A DNA stretch of 64,000 nt, from assembly GCA_011109175.1 (NCBI GenBank), contig RDEW01000023.1, positions 786,154 through 850,153 of the forward strand, written 5' to 3'. The translations under genes and the position numbers were made by a program. Position 1 is the stretch's first letter; each line of letters begins with the position of its first letter. Below, piece by piece: positions 1 through 13,140 of the stretch. Below the pieces are notes generated by a model. It was not told where the DNA came from and made no database searches. It saw only the letters and a program-made list of their open reading frames with translations. The stretch is from Dicyema japonicum (taxonomy: Eukaryota > Animalia > Dicyemida).

Positions 1-149
1 TAGCTCTTTTTTAACACTTCCTGATAACTTTTCCTTCCGTAGCCAGGCCGACTCTCGCGGAGGAGGTGCTGCTTCGTACTTGTTAGTACTTGGGACAATT
101 ATCCTTTTCAGGGCTGGCGGTTCCAATTTCTTGGTTATAATATCCGTCT

Positions 150-400
150 GTTTTGGTTCCTTGTTGTCGATTCGGGAGTTTAACTTTCGTCTGGCCTCCA
201 TGAATACAGGGCATCCTTTGTATCTTGCGCCGTGTTTTGTTGATCCGCAGTTAACACATTTTCGCTCAAGAGTTAAATCCGCATCACACTTGGTGGTGTC
301 GTGTTCTCCTGCGCAGCGGAAGCATTTTTTCCCGTGCACTGGTATGCAAAGTGGCCGATTTGTTGACAACTGTAGCAGATTGGTGGTCCTCTTCGCATCC
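150..400 (-). mobile_element. Degenerate ORF1 (gag-like) of a Jockey/I-group LINE with three zinc knuckles
   Basis: The minus strand reads CYSCQQIGHFAYQC, then after a frameshift CFRCAGEHDTTKC and CVNCGSTKHGARYKGC. This is the triple CCHC arrangement of LINE ORF1. Confidence 0.75.
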
Positions 401-1139
401 ATTCGCAAGAAATCTTGTTCGTCCCGATGTAGAAGCCACATCTAATTAGTGATGCAGCCTCCGACTTTATCTAAATAATTAAAAAATTAATTTCAACAAT
501 AAAACTCTTCATTTTCCCATATTTTAAACAATTTAAAATTCCAGGTTAGACGATTGTATTCATTTAAGTTTCAATTAAGACAAAAAATTCAAAAAAATAT
601 TTTATTTATAAGAAATGCTAAGTCACTTCTTTTTAAGCTTTTTAACACGACTCATGTGGACGATCTCGGTATGTCCCTCATTTGATTGAAGTGTCATTCG
701 TTTGTTAGACAATTTATCTACGACTTTCACTTTTTCACTGTAGGGAAATTCAAATTTCCCTAGCTTTAGCGAGGGAATTGTCCCATGGTCTTTTTTTACG
801 CAAACCTACGTTGTCAATGTAATTAACTAACCTCATCTCCTTTCTCGAATGAGTATTTTGAGTAATGAACCCCCATTTTTCTGTTGATTATTTTGAAATA
901 AGGGGAATTCAAATCTAATGGACAATGCATAAAGTCAAATTCTATGAAATAATAAAAAAATAATAACCTGACTCTCCACTTGATTTAACGAATCTCTCTG
1001 TTTCAATTTGAGTTTCTAAATTTTCGCTTAACTCTCAAACCATTCACAAATGTTTCATCATTTTTTTCAATGTAGCCTACATAAGGGAGAACTGGATTAA
1101 ATCCTTTGATGCCTCTGTAACGACGAAACAGATTGTCAC

Positions 1140-1850
1140 CTAATTTATATATAACGCCATACAACCTGTTGAACTATGATAACTAAGATTATAAAATTGG
1201 ACAGCTTTTTTAATCTGTTTTTTCCAACATTTATTTGGATCATTCGATAACATCTTTGATAAAGTTCGAGTGATTGTCTGATTGAATCTTTCTTCAATTT
1301 TTTAAAAAATAATTCAATTGTATACCTTGACTACGTGGGTTGTTTGGACGTGAATGAATTTGAATAATGTTATATTTCTTGCAAATTGCAGTGACATGTG
1401 AGTTTTTAATAAGATCGATTAAATCTATTTGAAATCTCTCATTGGGCCGATTTGCAATTATATGATTTTCTTCATCATATTCCTTAAGACTTCTGGCAAA
1501 AAGACATGTCTCACAATGGGAAAAAATATCGCGAATAACATTTCTTTTCACAAAAAACATCGTTCTTTACAATGTACTTCTAGGATGTTTTGGCCACAAT
1601 GTGTTAAATCATGAATTTGAGTAGCGACAAACTTCATTTCCTCAACGTTGTCCGAAACAATAACCAATTTATCGCCTTCTGGGTCTTTTAGATTCATTCT
1701 TCCTCCTTTAAGAACGAAGCTCTTGAACTTTTTCGGATCCTGCACATAGCATATGCAGGCACATCAGAAGGTAAGCCTCCTTCCAGAATAATTTTGAGAT
1801 TATCATATTCAACAGATGTCTTTGCATACAAGCGTGACATAATAATTCAA
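1140..1850 (-). mobile_element. Ginger2/Tdd-like (KRBA2/SCAND3-type) DDE integrase relic
   Basis: HHCC zinc motif (IHDLTHCGQN...CETC), RPNERFQIDLIDL, and HSRPNNPRSQG...ERFNQTITR, all broken by frameshifts. Confidence 0.75.
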
Positions 1851-1954
1851 ATTAGTATTAATAGTTTATAATAATTTTATACAATAAAATTAATATTTTA
1901 TCTTACTAAAAATTAGAATTTTAATCCAAAAGAACAATTTTTATAGTTTTTTTT

Positions 1955-2446
1955 TTAAATTAATAAATAAAATATGAACAATAGAAGTCATGTAGCTGCC
2001 GCCTTCACTGCGTGGCTGTTCCCTCTCAAAATTGCGAACGAAATTCGCTCAAATAGCCAGCGGCGTTCACGGAGATCTCCAGTGCATGAGGTGATCCGGT
2101 TTCCAAGACGTCCGAAAAACTCGAGTGTAGAGGGGGAGTAGGATCCGGAAGTCTCCATAGCAAGGGGAACAAATTTGACATCATCGGGAAGGTCGACNAA
2201 TATGAACAATAGAAGTCATGTAGCTGCCGCCCTCACTGCGTGGCTGTTCCCTCTCAAAATTGCGAGCGAAATTCGCTCAAATAGCCAGCGGCGTTCACGG
2301 AGATCTCCAGTGCATGAGGTGATCCGGTTTCCAAGACGTCCGAAAAACTCGAGTGTAGAGGGGGAGTAGGATCCGGAAGTCTCCATAGCAAGGGGAACAA
2401 ATTTGACATCATCGGGAAGGTCGACGTATTTAACGAGTTTGGCCTT
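1955..2446 (-). mobile_element. 3' end of a CRE-like non-LTR retrotransposon (RLE domain), duplicated across a single-n join
   Basis: FVPLAMETSGSYS...LGNRI...ERRWLFERISFAILRGN, then stop, short UTR and poly(A). The segment repeats across the n at about 2198. Confidence 0.75.
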
Positions 2447-2744
2447 NNNNNNNNNNNNNNNNNNNNNNNNNNNNNNNNNNNNNNNNNNNNNNNNNNNNNN
2501 NNNNNNNNNNNNNNNNNNNNNNNNNNNNNNNNNNNNNNNNNAGAATTATGGCAAGCACATTAGTAGCAGATTTTTCGATATTTTGTTCAAGTCGAGCAGC
2601 TTCAAAAAAAGAATTAACATTGTTGTGTTTTCCTATTGAGAGAATATTTTTATGTTATCATAAACAGCATGCTGTTTGTTGCATAGATAGAGGATCCTAG
2701 GTCATGGTTTTCAATAACCACTTTGGGGTATTTCCCATTTAATG

Positions 2745-4025
2745 TGTCCCATGGTGGTTACATGTCACCTATCAATCAAACAGTTTTATCAGGTTATCTG
2801 TCAGATGTCATGCTTAATGCGTATTTGATCATTTTTTTATTTGAGTCAGACATATATAATATTTTTGGCGCTATTCACAAATATTAAACATGTTCTCTCT
2901 AAGATGTCTATTTGTTTATATGATAATAATAGGTTTTGTCAAAAATATTGTGGAATATCAATCCATAGTGAGCATTCTAAATGGCGAGCCTGTACAGACA
3001 TCTTCAAGACAGGCGAAATACAAATTAATTAAAAAATCTAAGAAATTTATTGTCATTAATGGTCGGTTATACATCAAAGACGAAAAATTTGAAAAACATA
3101 GAATAGTTATTTGCATGGATAACGAGTCTGAAATGTGAACTATTGCGGAGTCTATCCATATAAATAGCCATTCGGGGACTCGTAAACTGCAGCAAGAATG
3201 TTTGCACTCCAATTTTTCGATAAAACGGATTATTAGTGAAAGAATTGTCAAAGAGTGCCCAATTTGCAAGCTTTCTATTCAACTTAAAGTAGAAAATTAA
3301 ATAATTTATAGTTTTTAGATTCAAAACACCATGTGATTTCCAAAAAACCTAATGAACGATTCCAAGCAAACCTTATAGATGTAAAAAAAACTAATGATTC
3401 AAATGCTGGCATACATACAGGAAGTGCATCGGTTCTCGGGGTGAAAATCGAGAATGGATGGGACAACTGCTCAAAGAAACAGGGATCACCTGACGGCCAT
3501 TTATTCCCTTTTAATTTGTCGGTGATTCTTAGTTTAAATAAATGAACTCTCACTTTCTTTGAAATTATATTTACTGTCATTGACGTCTACAGTAAATATG
3601 CAATTCGTACGGAGTTAAGAATAAATCTGCAATAGGTATATTTTAATTTATTGGAATTTAGATATTTTTGGAGCATTCGAAGAAATTTGTTTTGAAATCG
3701 GCTTTTGTGAGATTCTGCAAACACATAATGGGAAAGAGTTTAAAAATAAAATCTATTGCTAGGTTGAGCAGATTTGAATCTCCATATAAGAACCACGTGA
3801 AATTCTTAGAATTTTGTCGAATAACCGACTGGAGGTTTATTTAATATTGTAGCAGATTAAGGCACGTTCATGAGAATTAAAAATAATCAAAATCACTCTT
3901 TCAACAAAATAGAATTAAAAAAATTAAATTCTTATTATCTAAACGATTATTGATTAGAAACCAATTAATATTGAATGATAGGTGACATATTGACTGACGA
4001 ATGACATGTAGCCACCATGGGATGT
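2745..4025 (+). mobile_element. Ginger2-like DNA transposon relic with imperfect inverted repeats
   Basis: IHINSHSG...CPIC, KPNERFQANLIDV and ILQTHNGKEFKNK. The inverted repeat cccatggtgg(t/c)tacatgtca / cctatca occurs at about 2748-2780 and 3971-4022. Confidence 0.7.
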
Positions 4026-4489
4026 GTAGCACGTGCGTAATGCGGCATAACCTGCTCTGTACACATTTTATTTAAGTAAAGAACAGTTATCATAACTAAT
4101 CGAAGAGGGAGAAGCAAGGTCTTTTTTTCTTTTTGTTTAACATTAATTTGTTCTGAATAGTATTTATTTTACAATTCGATATTTGTCTTAACTTGACATA
4201 CATGTTGGCTCTTGCCCATTCTATTTACAAAGCTACCTCGTCTTTTGAGACCATGGATTTGATTTCCTTATTTTTTTCCTTTAATTGCACTTGGATTGAA
4301 CTCTAATTGTCGAGGAGTTTCACTGCTGCAAGCATTAGGATATCTATTCAGTCGTTTGAAGGTGGGAATCTTTCTTTTTTTTTCTTCTAGAGCAGGGGTA
4401 TAAAACTCATGTCGCTTAGAGAGCCGCATTTATAATAATTTCTCATCACATGAGTATTAGTTTTTTATTTATTTAACTCAAGATCATGG

Positions 4490-6480
4490 TAAAACCAAAC
4501 TAATTATCACGTGATCCCGATGCATTCTAACAAAGACCTCATCTTGTTCTTCCCTCGTGCCCCCCAAGATCATGGTAAAACCAAACTAATTATCACGTGA
4601 TCCCGATGCATTCTAACAAAGACCTCATCTTGTTCTTCCCTCGTGCCCGGGCATGAACGTACAAGACGGCTGCTTGAATTTTCAGGACCATTTTCCCGTG
4701 ATGTGGAGTCTATCCTCATTAAGCCCTCCAGAGGCGTAGGTCCGGTTCGGTGATCTTCTGTGTAACTTCAAGGTGACTGTCTTTCTTCCCAATCTTTTGT
4801 CAGAGGTAAAAAGTGACGTAAACGACTTCTCTGCATTCATCACGAGCCGGTTTTCCATTATCCAGGTTAATTTATATTCTTTCTGTGACTTTCTGGATGT
4901 CCTGATCTCGCGAAGCCAACACAACATCATCAGCATAGGCAAGTAAAACATATTCAAGAGTCGGGAGATCAGCCAGAAAGAGGTTAAACAGAGCAGGGGA
5001 TAAAGGAGGTCCTTGAGGGACTCCGTTGGGGAGGAGACGTGAGATTGATTTCAGGCAAACACGTTCCTTTCGTTCACATAGGAAGTTAGTGATCCAAAGC
5101 TTTAGCTTCCTGGGATCTCCGATTGAAATATTTTTCTTGATAGAATCTTCCTCGAGACTGAGTCAAAAACTTTGTGTATGTCAATCAAGCAGAGCACTGC
5201 TTTAAAGTGTCTCGGCTTGGTTGTGAATCCGACTCGAATGAAGTCGGTCAATTTTTGTAAGTATATAGACGTGGATCTCTCATTTTTAAATCCATGTTGA
5301 AAAGGCCTCTCTGGTAAAAATTTTTTCATTCTCCCGATCACAAGCCTCTCCAAGATTTTTGACATGGAACATAGTAGTGAAACTAATCTAATAGACGCTG
5401 AGTAATCTCTCGGTCTTCCTGGTTTTAGTATTGGCCGTATTATTGCGTGTTTCCATAATAATGGTATCACATTCTGATTAATCGAGTAGTTGAAAACCAA
5501 CGTTAGATAAGTAACTCCACCGTCTCCAAGATTTTATTAATAAAATAACAGGAATGTTGTCTGGTCCGTAAGAGTATGTCATTTTTGCGAAATGTATTGT
5601 ATACCTCACCTCCCTCCGATAATAAAAGTGGTTCTGATAGTCTCTTTAGATTCCTGCGTGATGGTAGTGTATCAGACTTTATGTGTTACTTGTGTGAAAT
5701 TTTAGTATAGAATTTATACAAGTTGTTCACATTCCTTTGAACATAGTTCTCCTCAAGAAATTTCATCGCCACGTTTCGAATAGCTTTTTACACCTCTCCC
5801 GTAGTGTGATTTCTTTTTACTATTTTAAGCACACGATTCCATTTCAACCTCTGGGCCTTTAATTCCATTTCTGTTTAGCTGGAAAGCTGTAAAGTGCTTT
5901 TCTCTTCTATGGGCTGAGGATTTTTTACGGGAAGGTTCGATCTTCTGCAAAATGCATCGCCCGAGGACGAGAATGTCCCCAGGAGGGTGGGGTCTATCGG
6001 TCCTTTTCAGGTGGGTATTAGGTGCCCCCTGGGCGTTTCCATATCCTTTTGAATTGGTAGACCACATAACGCCACGTTAAGGATAAAATTATCTGGGAAG
6101 GAACCAAAGGGAGAACATCTGCTTGTGCCGACCAAATCCATCTTCCAATACATTATTACAGGCTTCCGCCCTTCTCCAATTTTCTTTCTGAAGGACTTGT
6201 TAAAATTTAATAATAACCAGTCCGCTTCCGCCCTTCTCCAATCTGAAATAGATATACGATTTTGTTTCTATAAGAAGCATCCAAAGACTCGATGATAATA
6301 AAATACTACACCGGCCCCCTCCTCCAATAGACCAATCAGAATCCTCTCTTCCGAGGGACGTCTGGATAGACCTAGCTCGTATGTGGGCACCACCCCTCTC
6401 TACTAGCGTACGAAATCCTCTGTCCCTTTTGCAACCTCTACGTGTTGACAACAAATCATTTATTTGAATTTTTCACAACG
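4490..6480 (-). mobile_element. Degenerate Jockey/I-like LINE ORF2 (reverse transcriptase), family A
   Basis: KHAIIRPILKPG...SLLCSMSKILERL...QHGFK...LIDIHKVFDSV at 5102-5500. The 3' end GGGATCACGTGATAATTAG is shared with copies near 28370 and 32310. Confidence 0.8.
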
Positions 6481-7929
6481 TTCGTCTACAATGCTGGGAC
6501 TCACCGATCTATGGGAGCGACCGACATCTGCTGCGTCCTTCTTAATAGCTACAAGTTTTGTGAGGCTGAGGTTACTTAAATAACTAACTAATTGTTGAGT
6601 GGTATTTTTTATATTTTATGACGATACCCACAACATCAGATAATATCAATTTCAGTGATGGGACAATCACTTACTCTCCAATCGTATGGGAACAGACTGT
6701 TTTCACGACTAATTCAGATATTTTATAAATTTCCAGTCCTTCTAAAAATCAATATTGATTGAGGTAGTGACGTCACTCTCTATTTATAAGTGATGAAATG
6801 TCTCGAACCACTATGAACGAATGAATTATTACTTTTAATGTGAGAGGAATCAGTTCTTAAATACGAAAAAGCAGCTTTTCCAAAATCTACAGAATTACGG
6901 AGTGTCTGTTGAATGCTTTCANAATGTCTCGAACCACTATAAACAAATGAATTATTACTTTTAATGTGAGAAGAATCAGTTCTTAAATACGAAAAAGCAG
7001 CTTTGCCAAAATCTACAGAATTACGGAGTGTCTGTTGAATGCTTTCAGGAACTAAAGTATCCACCCAACTGGATGAAGACTATGGGGAATATAAATTTCT
7101 GTTTCTGGGACTGTAGGCACTATGGATGGGCTTTGTGGAGCATAAAATCATTGCGATGTAATATCAATGACAGGATTTGCATAATCCAGATTATCAATAA
7201 ATTAGCAGAAATAANNNNNNNNNNNNNNNNNNNNNNNNNNNNNNNNNNNNNNNNNNNNNNNNNNNNNNNNNNNNNNNNNNNNNNNNNNNNNNNNNNNNNN
7301 NNNNNNNNNNNNNNNNNNNNNNNNNNNNNNNNNNNNNNNNNNNNNNNNNNNNNNNNNNNNNNNNNNNNNNNNNNNNNNNNNNNNNNNNNNNNNNNNNNNN
7401 NNNNNNNNNNNNNNNNNNNNNNNNNNNNNNNNNNNNNNNNNNNNNNNNNNNNNNNNNNNNNNNNNNNNNNNNNNNNNNNNNNNNNNNNNNNNNNNNNNNN
7501 NNNNNNNNNNNNNNNNNNNNNNNNNNNNNNNNNNNNNNNNNNNNNNNNNNNNNNNNNNNNNNNNNNNNNNNNNNNNNNNNNNNNNNNNNNNNNNNNNNNN
7601 NNNNNNNNNNNNNNNNNNNNNNNNNNNNNNNNNNNNNNNNNNNNNNNNNNNNNNNNNNNNNNNNNNNNNNNNNNNNNNNNNNNNNNNNNNNNNNNNNNNN
7701 NNNNNNNNNNNNNNNNNNNNNNNNNNNNNNNNNNNNNNNNNNNNNNNNNNNNNNNNNNNNNNNNNNNNNNNNNNNNNNNTCTCCAGACGTCTGAATATTG
7801 TTTTTAGTTGTTCTTTTGTTCTGTGAGTATTACTGATTTCAGCATCAGTAAGAGGGAATCCATAAATCAAGTATAGCTAGAAAAATAAAAGTAACGGACC
7901 GATAAAGAAAATCCATAAAAAATATAAAA

Positions 7930-8790
7930 TGCGATTGCTTCCCATTTCAAAAACCAATTCCACGACGAGGACCCAATTACATACGAAGAGGTTCTGAACG
8001 CTATCAACAACTAAAAAATCAAACTAGCTTTTAGATTGATAGAATAAATGTAAACCTCATAAAAATGCTTTTGAATTATTGACACAAAAAAATGTCAACA
8101 TTTATAAAAAAAATTTTGAACTACCTTTACCACTAAAAGGACAACTGAACTGTCTATCTAAGGAGATTCCTTATCTCCGATTTTGTTCACTATTTACCTT
8201 GAAGTGACATTGCGTTTGCTGCACGGAAAAATTGGATTATGTTACATAACTAAACTTATTTATGTCGACGACATAGAACATGTTTTTCGAAGATATACAA
8301 AGCCGGGTAGCATAATGGTTAGGTGTCGGGCAAAGTGACTTAGGTTGCGGGCTCGAATCTCGATGCTCATCTGGTGAAAGGTTCCACGCATTTGCGATGC
8401 TAAAAGGGCTTGACGAGTAACTCCGTCATCAGTGGACACTCACTGCGGTTCTGGATATTCAAAAAAGGACCCACACACAAGAAAAAGAAAAAAAATAGAA
8501 GTGAAGATCATTCCTTGGTTCTACGATTAGTTAAAATTGACTGTTTTTTACTTAAATAAACTGTGTCTCCTGCCTATGCGGAGCATAAATACCACGGCTC
8601 CGTGAAAAAAGGCCGTTATTATTATACAAAGCGGACATCTACGCTACTGACTCCCTATTGCAATTCACAAATATCTTGTGTCTTAAATAAGAAACTCGAA
8701 AATGCAGATGACCTAAATGTCCTCCGTAAAATCGCTTTCACAAGTAGAGGATGGATGAAAATAACATAAAAAAATGTTCACGTTGTTGCA
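7930..8790 (+). mobile_element. RTE-clade LINE relic interrupted by a SINE
   Basis: GDSLSPILFTIYL and YVDDI fragments before the SINE; KLENADDLNVLRKIA...RGW (RTE C-terminus) after it. Confidence 0.6.
8302..8622 (+). mobile_element. tRNA-derived SINE, copy 1
   Basis: GCCGGGTAGCATAATGG (A box) ... GGCTCGAATCTC (B box), a (TTA)n tail, and TSD tatacaaa at 8294-8301 and 8623-8630. Colinear with 45381-45704. Confidence 0.85.
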
Positions 8791-9275
8791 GAAACGGCCT
8801 ATCTACAGTCCACTGTTTTAAAGCGGCTAGCAATTCAAAGTCTCTGGAGCTAAAAAAAGGAAGTGAAAGAACAGAAAAAAAGCAAAAAAAATTTCAAGTA
8901 GCCACATATCACCAAACTGACTTTGGCGCCACTTGGCATTGTTAGACATTAATTTTTTGTTGGAAAAATAGAGCTGAGTTGAATTTTTATTTAATTAAAT
9001 AATAATTTTTAATTCATTTTTACTTTCCATTAACACATTCGTTCTTTCTATAAAATTTGAAAAATTTAATAATTAAAAATCCTACCGCCCAAATTTATAA
9101 TTCCTACCATCCAGATTGGTTGAGAATTAATAGTCTCATGGACTTGTATGCAACCAAAATGATTATTTAACATAACCTTTCCCCTCTTAAATAAAATGCT
9201 CAAGTGGAGGTTTTTTAAGACCACTTGTTTCAATAATGTAAAAATATCAAAAAAAATCAATTAAAACCACAAAAA

Positions 9276-9965
9276 TCAATCGTTTTTAATCTTAGTAAGT
9301 CGATGATTGAGTGTCAAGGCTGCATGTGAAATCCCCATTACAAGCAATATAACAATGAAAGCAGTGACACAAATGTAGCAATCAGTCATCATCTCAACAA
9401 GTGGGTAAACATGAATGCTCTTTTTGTTTTTTAGGTACAGCAAACTAAATTAATAAAATTCTCACACAGCTGTATAAGTCAAAAGGAATGCAGTCAATGC
9501 TAAACATCTATGCATCCACCTCGGTTGTTCCTGATAGTCGAATAAACTCACAAAAAGAGGAATAACATAGAAAAGGTGCTTTAACTTAAAACAAGTCAAA
9601 CTATGCTTAAATTAGTTGGCAGAGTAATTACACATTTTTTAGAGGTGAGAAGAGAGCTGTCATAAAAATAAAGAATCCAAAAAGAAATAGCAACACCAAG
9701 TCCGATTGGAAGTGCCAAGGAAAAATACAAGAATGTGTATAAATTCTTAATTTTTGAGAATTTGTGAGAAAGACAGCATAAAACTGTACAAATAAATTGA
9801 ATAATCTTCAATTGAGATAAAACAATTTACATAATTCCAATTTGTTAGAAAATACATCTTTGGGACTCCACAAAAATTCATTGAAGGATAAAATATTGAC
9901 CAGGCATAGAACGACTGGTGAATTAAAAAACAAGAATTAAATATTCCACGCCTTGATAAGACCAT
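9276..9965 (-). CDS. AIG1: AIG1/ADTRP (FAR-17a) family multi-pass membrane hydrolase, 4 exons
   Basis: Removing 25, 23 and 21 nt GT-AG introns gives MVLSRRG...YFLTNWNYIIQ...LALPIGLGVAISFWILYFYD...IHLFY...HVYPL...*. The FLT, LAxPxG, FW and VYP motifs are those of the family. Confidence 0.8.
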
Positions 9966-10154
9966 ACCTAAAATATATTATTTGAATATTTAAAAACAAA
10001 CATTTTAAATATTAATTTGATTCAATAAATAAATTTAATTATTATAATTACTGCTAGGAAGCACTTCATAATAACGATCGAGAAAACACGGGCAACCCAC
10101 CTAGGACCTTTTTTTTCTGCTAAGTATGGTGTTGATGATGGTGGGCTAGTAAAT

Positions 10155-10400
10155 GTGAAAGCGTTGATCGAATTACAATATAATAATTTGATGGAAAAGA
10201 TCAACTTACAAAGCCTTCATAAGGTCCTCTTTAGAGCATTGGACAACTCACATGTCGACCTTAAGTCGTCGACAATATGGTTAAAATACGGTAACAACTC
10301 ACCTCTATCGGAGGTGCTGTATACGTATATGCAAGACCTCAATATTTTTTGGTTCCCGTGTAATTCTGAGCATCCGGTTCTGCGTCTTATATGCACTTGT
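10155..10400 (+). mobile_element. Fragment of a non-LTR retrotransposon (post-RT region of an RLE-type element)
   Basis: LHKVLFRALDNSHVDLKSSTIWLKYGN...EVLYTYMQDLNIFW resembles the LH..L...VD...S..WL..GN...E....QD.NIF segment that precedes the CCHC/RLE domain. Confidence 0.55.
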
Positions 10401-12410
10401 GTTGGTTCGATAGCGGAAGATCGGGCCAAGGTGCGGTCACCCCTGAAATTTTTATTTAATTTAAAAATTTCATAATCGACCACTCTGCTTAATTGATTTG
10501 TTCTATTAATGTGGTTAAATAACTTCAGCATCCTATGATTGCAACGAGAGTATCTATAAGTCAAAGCTTTAAACATTTTTTACGATTAGCTATAGACTGT
10601 ACCGCTAGGTTTACTCTTTTACTGTGTAGGGAGAGTTTTAACACGCGGGCCAAACAAATGATTGTTATACAGTCCACGACATTTGGACGGACTACGTCAT
10701 CATAATGAGACCACCAGAGAAAAGGAATGGATTTCTGTCAATGGCGTAAAATTGACAGGTCGCGGTTATAAGCGTTCTTCGTGGTCAGAAGACGCTGACA
10801 TTATATACGAACTCTCCAAGAACAACGATGCTGTCCTACAAAGTAGGTGCTTCCACGTGTTTAGCGAAGCACTGGGCGCTAACGTCCATAACACGATACT
10901 GAAATTGTTTCGTTTGTTGTTGATACTTGCAATTTTAACAAATTTTAAAACCGCAAAATCTGTTGACTATTCAGAATGGCATCTTCAGCTAAGAAAAATA
11001 GGAAACTTGCAGATGGAATTATTAGAAATGCAGTCTGATTCTACACTGAGAGTGGGTATACCTTCCTAAAAAGTTTATAAATTTCAGATTTTTCAACAAG
11101 GATTATGCACTGGTCGATTCTACCTATGAGTGTAGCAGTTGTTTTCCTAATGAAATCAGCAAATCTTGAACAAGGCTGACTAATTAACACGTTTCATCCA
11201 AGATCAAGGTCGGTACTGCTAATACATTTTAGATGTACGAAAAATATCATGAGAAAAATGGACAAAACAAAGACTAAAGAGTAAAAATTATAATCTTGAA
11301 AAAATGATTACAATTGTTATATTTGGTGTTGTGGAGCGTTTTGTAACACAGCTGCTGTTAGGTTAAGGGGACCTTCAAAATAGTGGGGAGAAGTTAATGG
11401 CTCTTTTCGTTCTTTTCTGGAACGGGTGACAGCATGACAGCAAAAATGTTTCTCGGCAATTTTTGAATTACAGATCCCGCTGTAGTAGACTTGCAAATTA
11501 TTAAATAAACTTCAGTAAGATTAGGCTTTTCAGATTTGTTAGTGTGACCAGCTTGTATATTCAAATTATCTTTTGCGGCTCATGGAGCCTTTGAGTTTGA
11601 TATGTCTGATTTAAATCACATGTTTATATATTCTTGGAGTGAATAATACACTGTTGTCAATGTGACTACGAGATAAGTGAGTGCATGAACCACATGCTTT
11701 AAGGGCTACTAAGATCACTTGAATAGTCATCATAACTTCTTTATTAAGACCCTCATTCGAGAATTGGCGAATTATAATCATCCTGATCTACCTCAGACAG
11801 ACTGAGTATACAAGTTCCTCCAAAATTTGATAGTATTTTAACCAGGGTTGACCATACATTCGATGTCTCCTGAATTTGTCATTTAAGAAATGTACAGGAC
11901 AGAATATGAAAGATGAATTATATCCGTAATAAGACAAGACACGTCACCGGCAGAACACCTAGAGTAGGTTTGAAATTAATTAGAACACTGAAGTACCTAT
12001 ATTTTATAGACAACTATGCCACGAAAACACCAAAAGAAGCAACAAGGAATTCACATGCGCACGTGTCAAATAATAGACTTTCCAATATAATCAAACATTA
12101 AAATAAAACAGACAAATTAAAAGCCGACTTTTATTGAAGTGATTTAGAAGTTCTATCTGGCTTTTCGAATTTTTGAGAAAGCAAAGTCTAGAGAGTCTCA
12201 AACCGAGAAAAAACTAATTGAACAGGTAAATAAGACTTAAAGGACAAATGGAAAATAGGTTTCGAAGTAGATATTTTGACACAAACAACCGAGCATATTT
12301 TGAAAGTTAAGATTAAAAAAAAGATTTTTATAATATTATAATATATTTGCTAAATTTAAATAATATATTTAAAAAATTAAAATTAAATTAAATTGTTTTA
12401 GCGCCTAACA

Positions 12411-13140
12411 ATGTTGCCTTCTGTTGATCCTATTGCAGCTTTTAAGGTCTGATCTTTAGTAAACTCTCAGCTCATAGTAATGGGGGATGGTGGTATTGGA
12501 AAGACTACCTTCATTGGAAGACATAAAACGGGCAAATTTATTAAAAATTATACTGCCACAATCGGTGTTGACATCACAAATCTCTTATTTTTCACCAATA
12601 AGGGGCAGATAAGGTTCGATATATGGGACACAGCCGGTCAGGAATCAGGTGGTGCACTCAAAAGCGCGAAATATGTTGGAAGTTGCTGTGTGTGCTCATA
12701 TTAGGTAACTGTGCTATCCTCATGTTCGATGTTACTTCACGGATCACTTACAAAAACCTTGAATGTTGGCGAAAGGACATTCTGAGAGTCTGTCCACAGA
12801 TTCCCATCGTCGTCTGTGGAAACAAGACCGACCTGAAGGAGCGTAAAGTGAAGCCAAAAAGCATTAACTTTCATCGTAAATATGGCTTGCCTGTAGTTTT
12901 ATTGTGTATAAAAGTACTATGACATCTCTGCTAAGAGTAATTTTCAACTTGAGAAACCTTTCCTGAATCTTATGAAGAGGCTTTTGAATATGGATGACAT
13001 CATTTTAATTAAGGCGCCGGATCTGCACCCCCCATTGACGATGATGGACATGGATCAGGCTAAGAAGAACGAGGCTGAGCTCAAGGTTGTTAATTTGCTT
13101 AGTATAGGAAGCCGAAAATGACCCAATCCTAGACGAATAA
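12411..13140 (+). CDS. RAN: Ran GTPase (divergent), 5 exons
   Basis: Introns 12447-12470, 12682-12704, 12893-12914 and 13086-13107. The product has [55 protein letters not shown] and a Ran-type C-terminal extension. Confidence 0.92.

Noticed and set aside
7028-7870. Long ORFs spanning N-runs (also 34866-35603 and 49339-49788)
   Set aside because: Their length comes from X residues in assembly gaps, so they are not evidence of coding.
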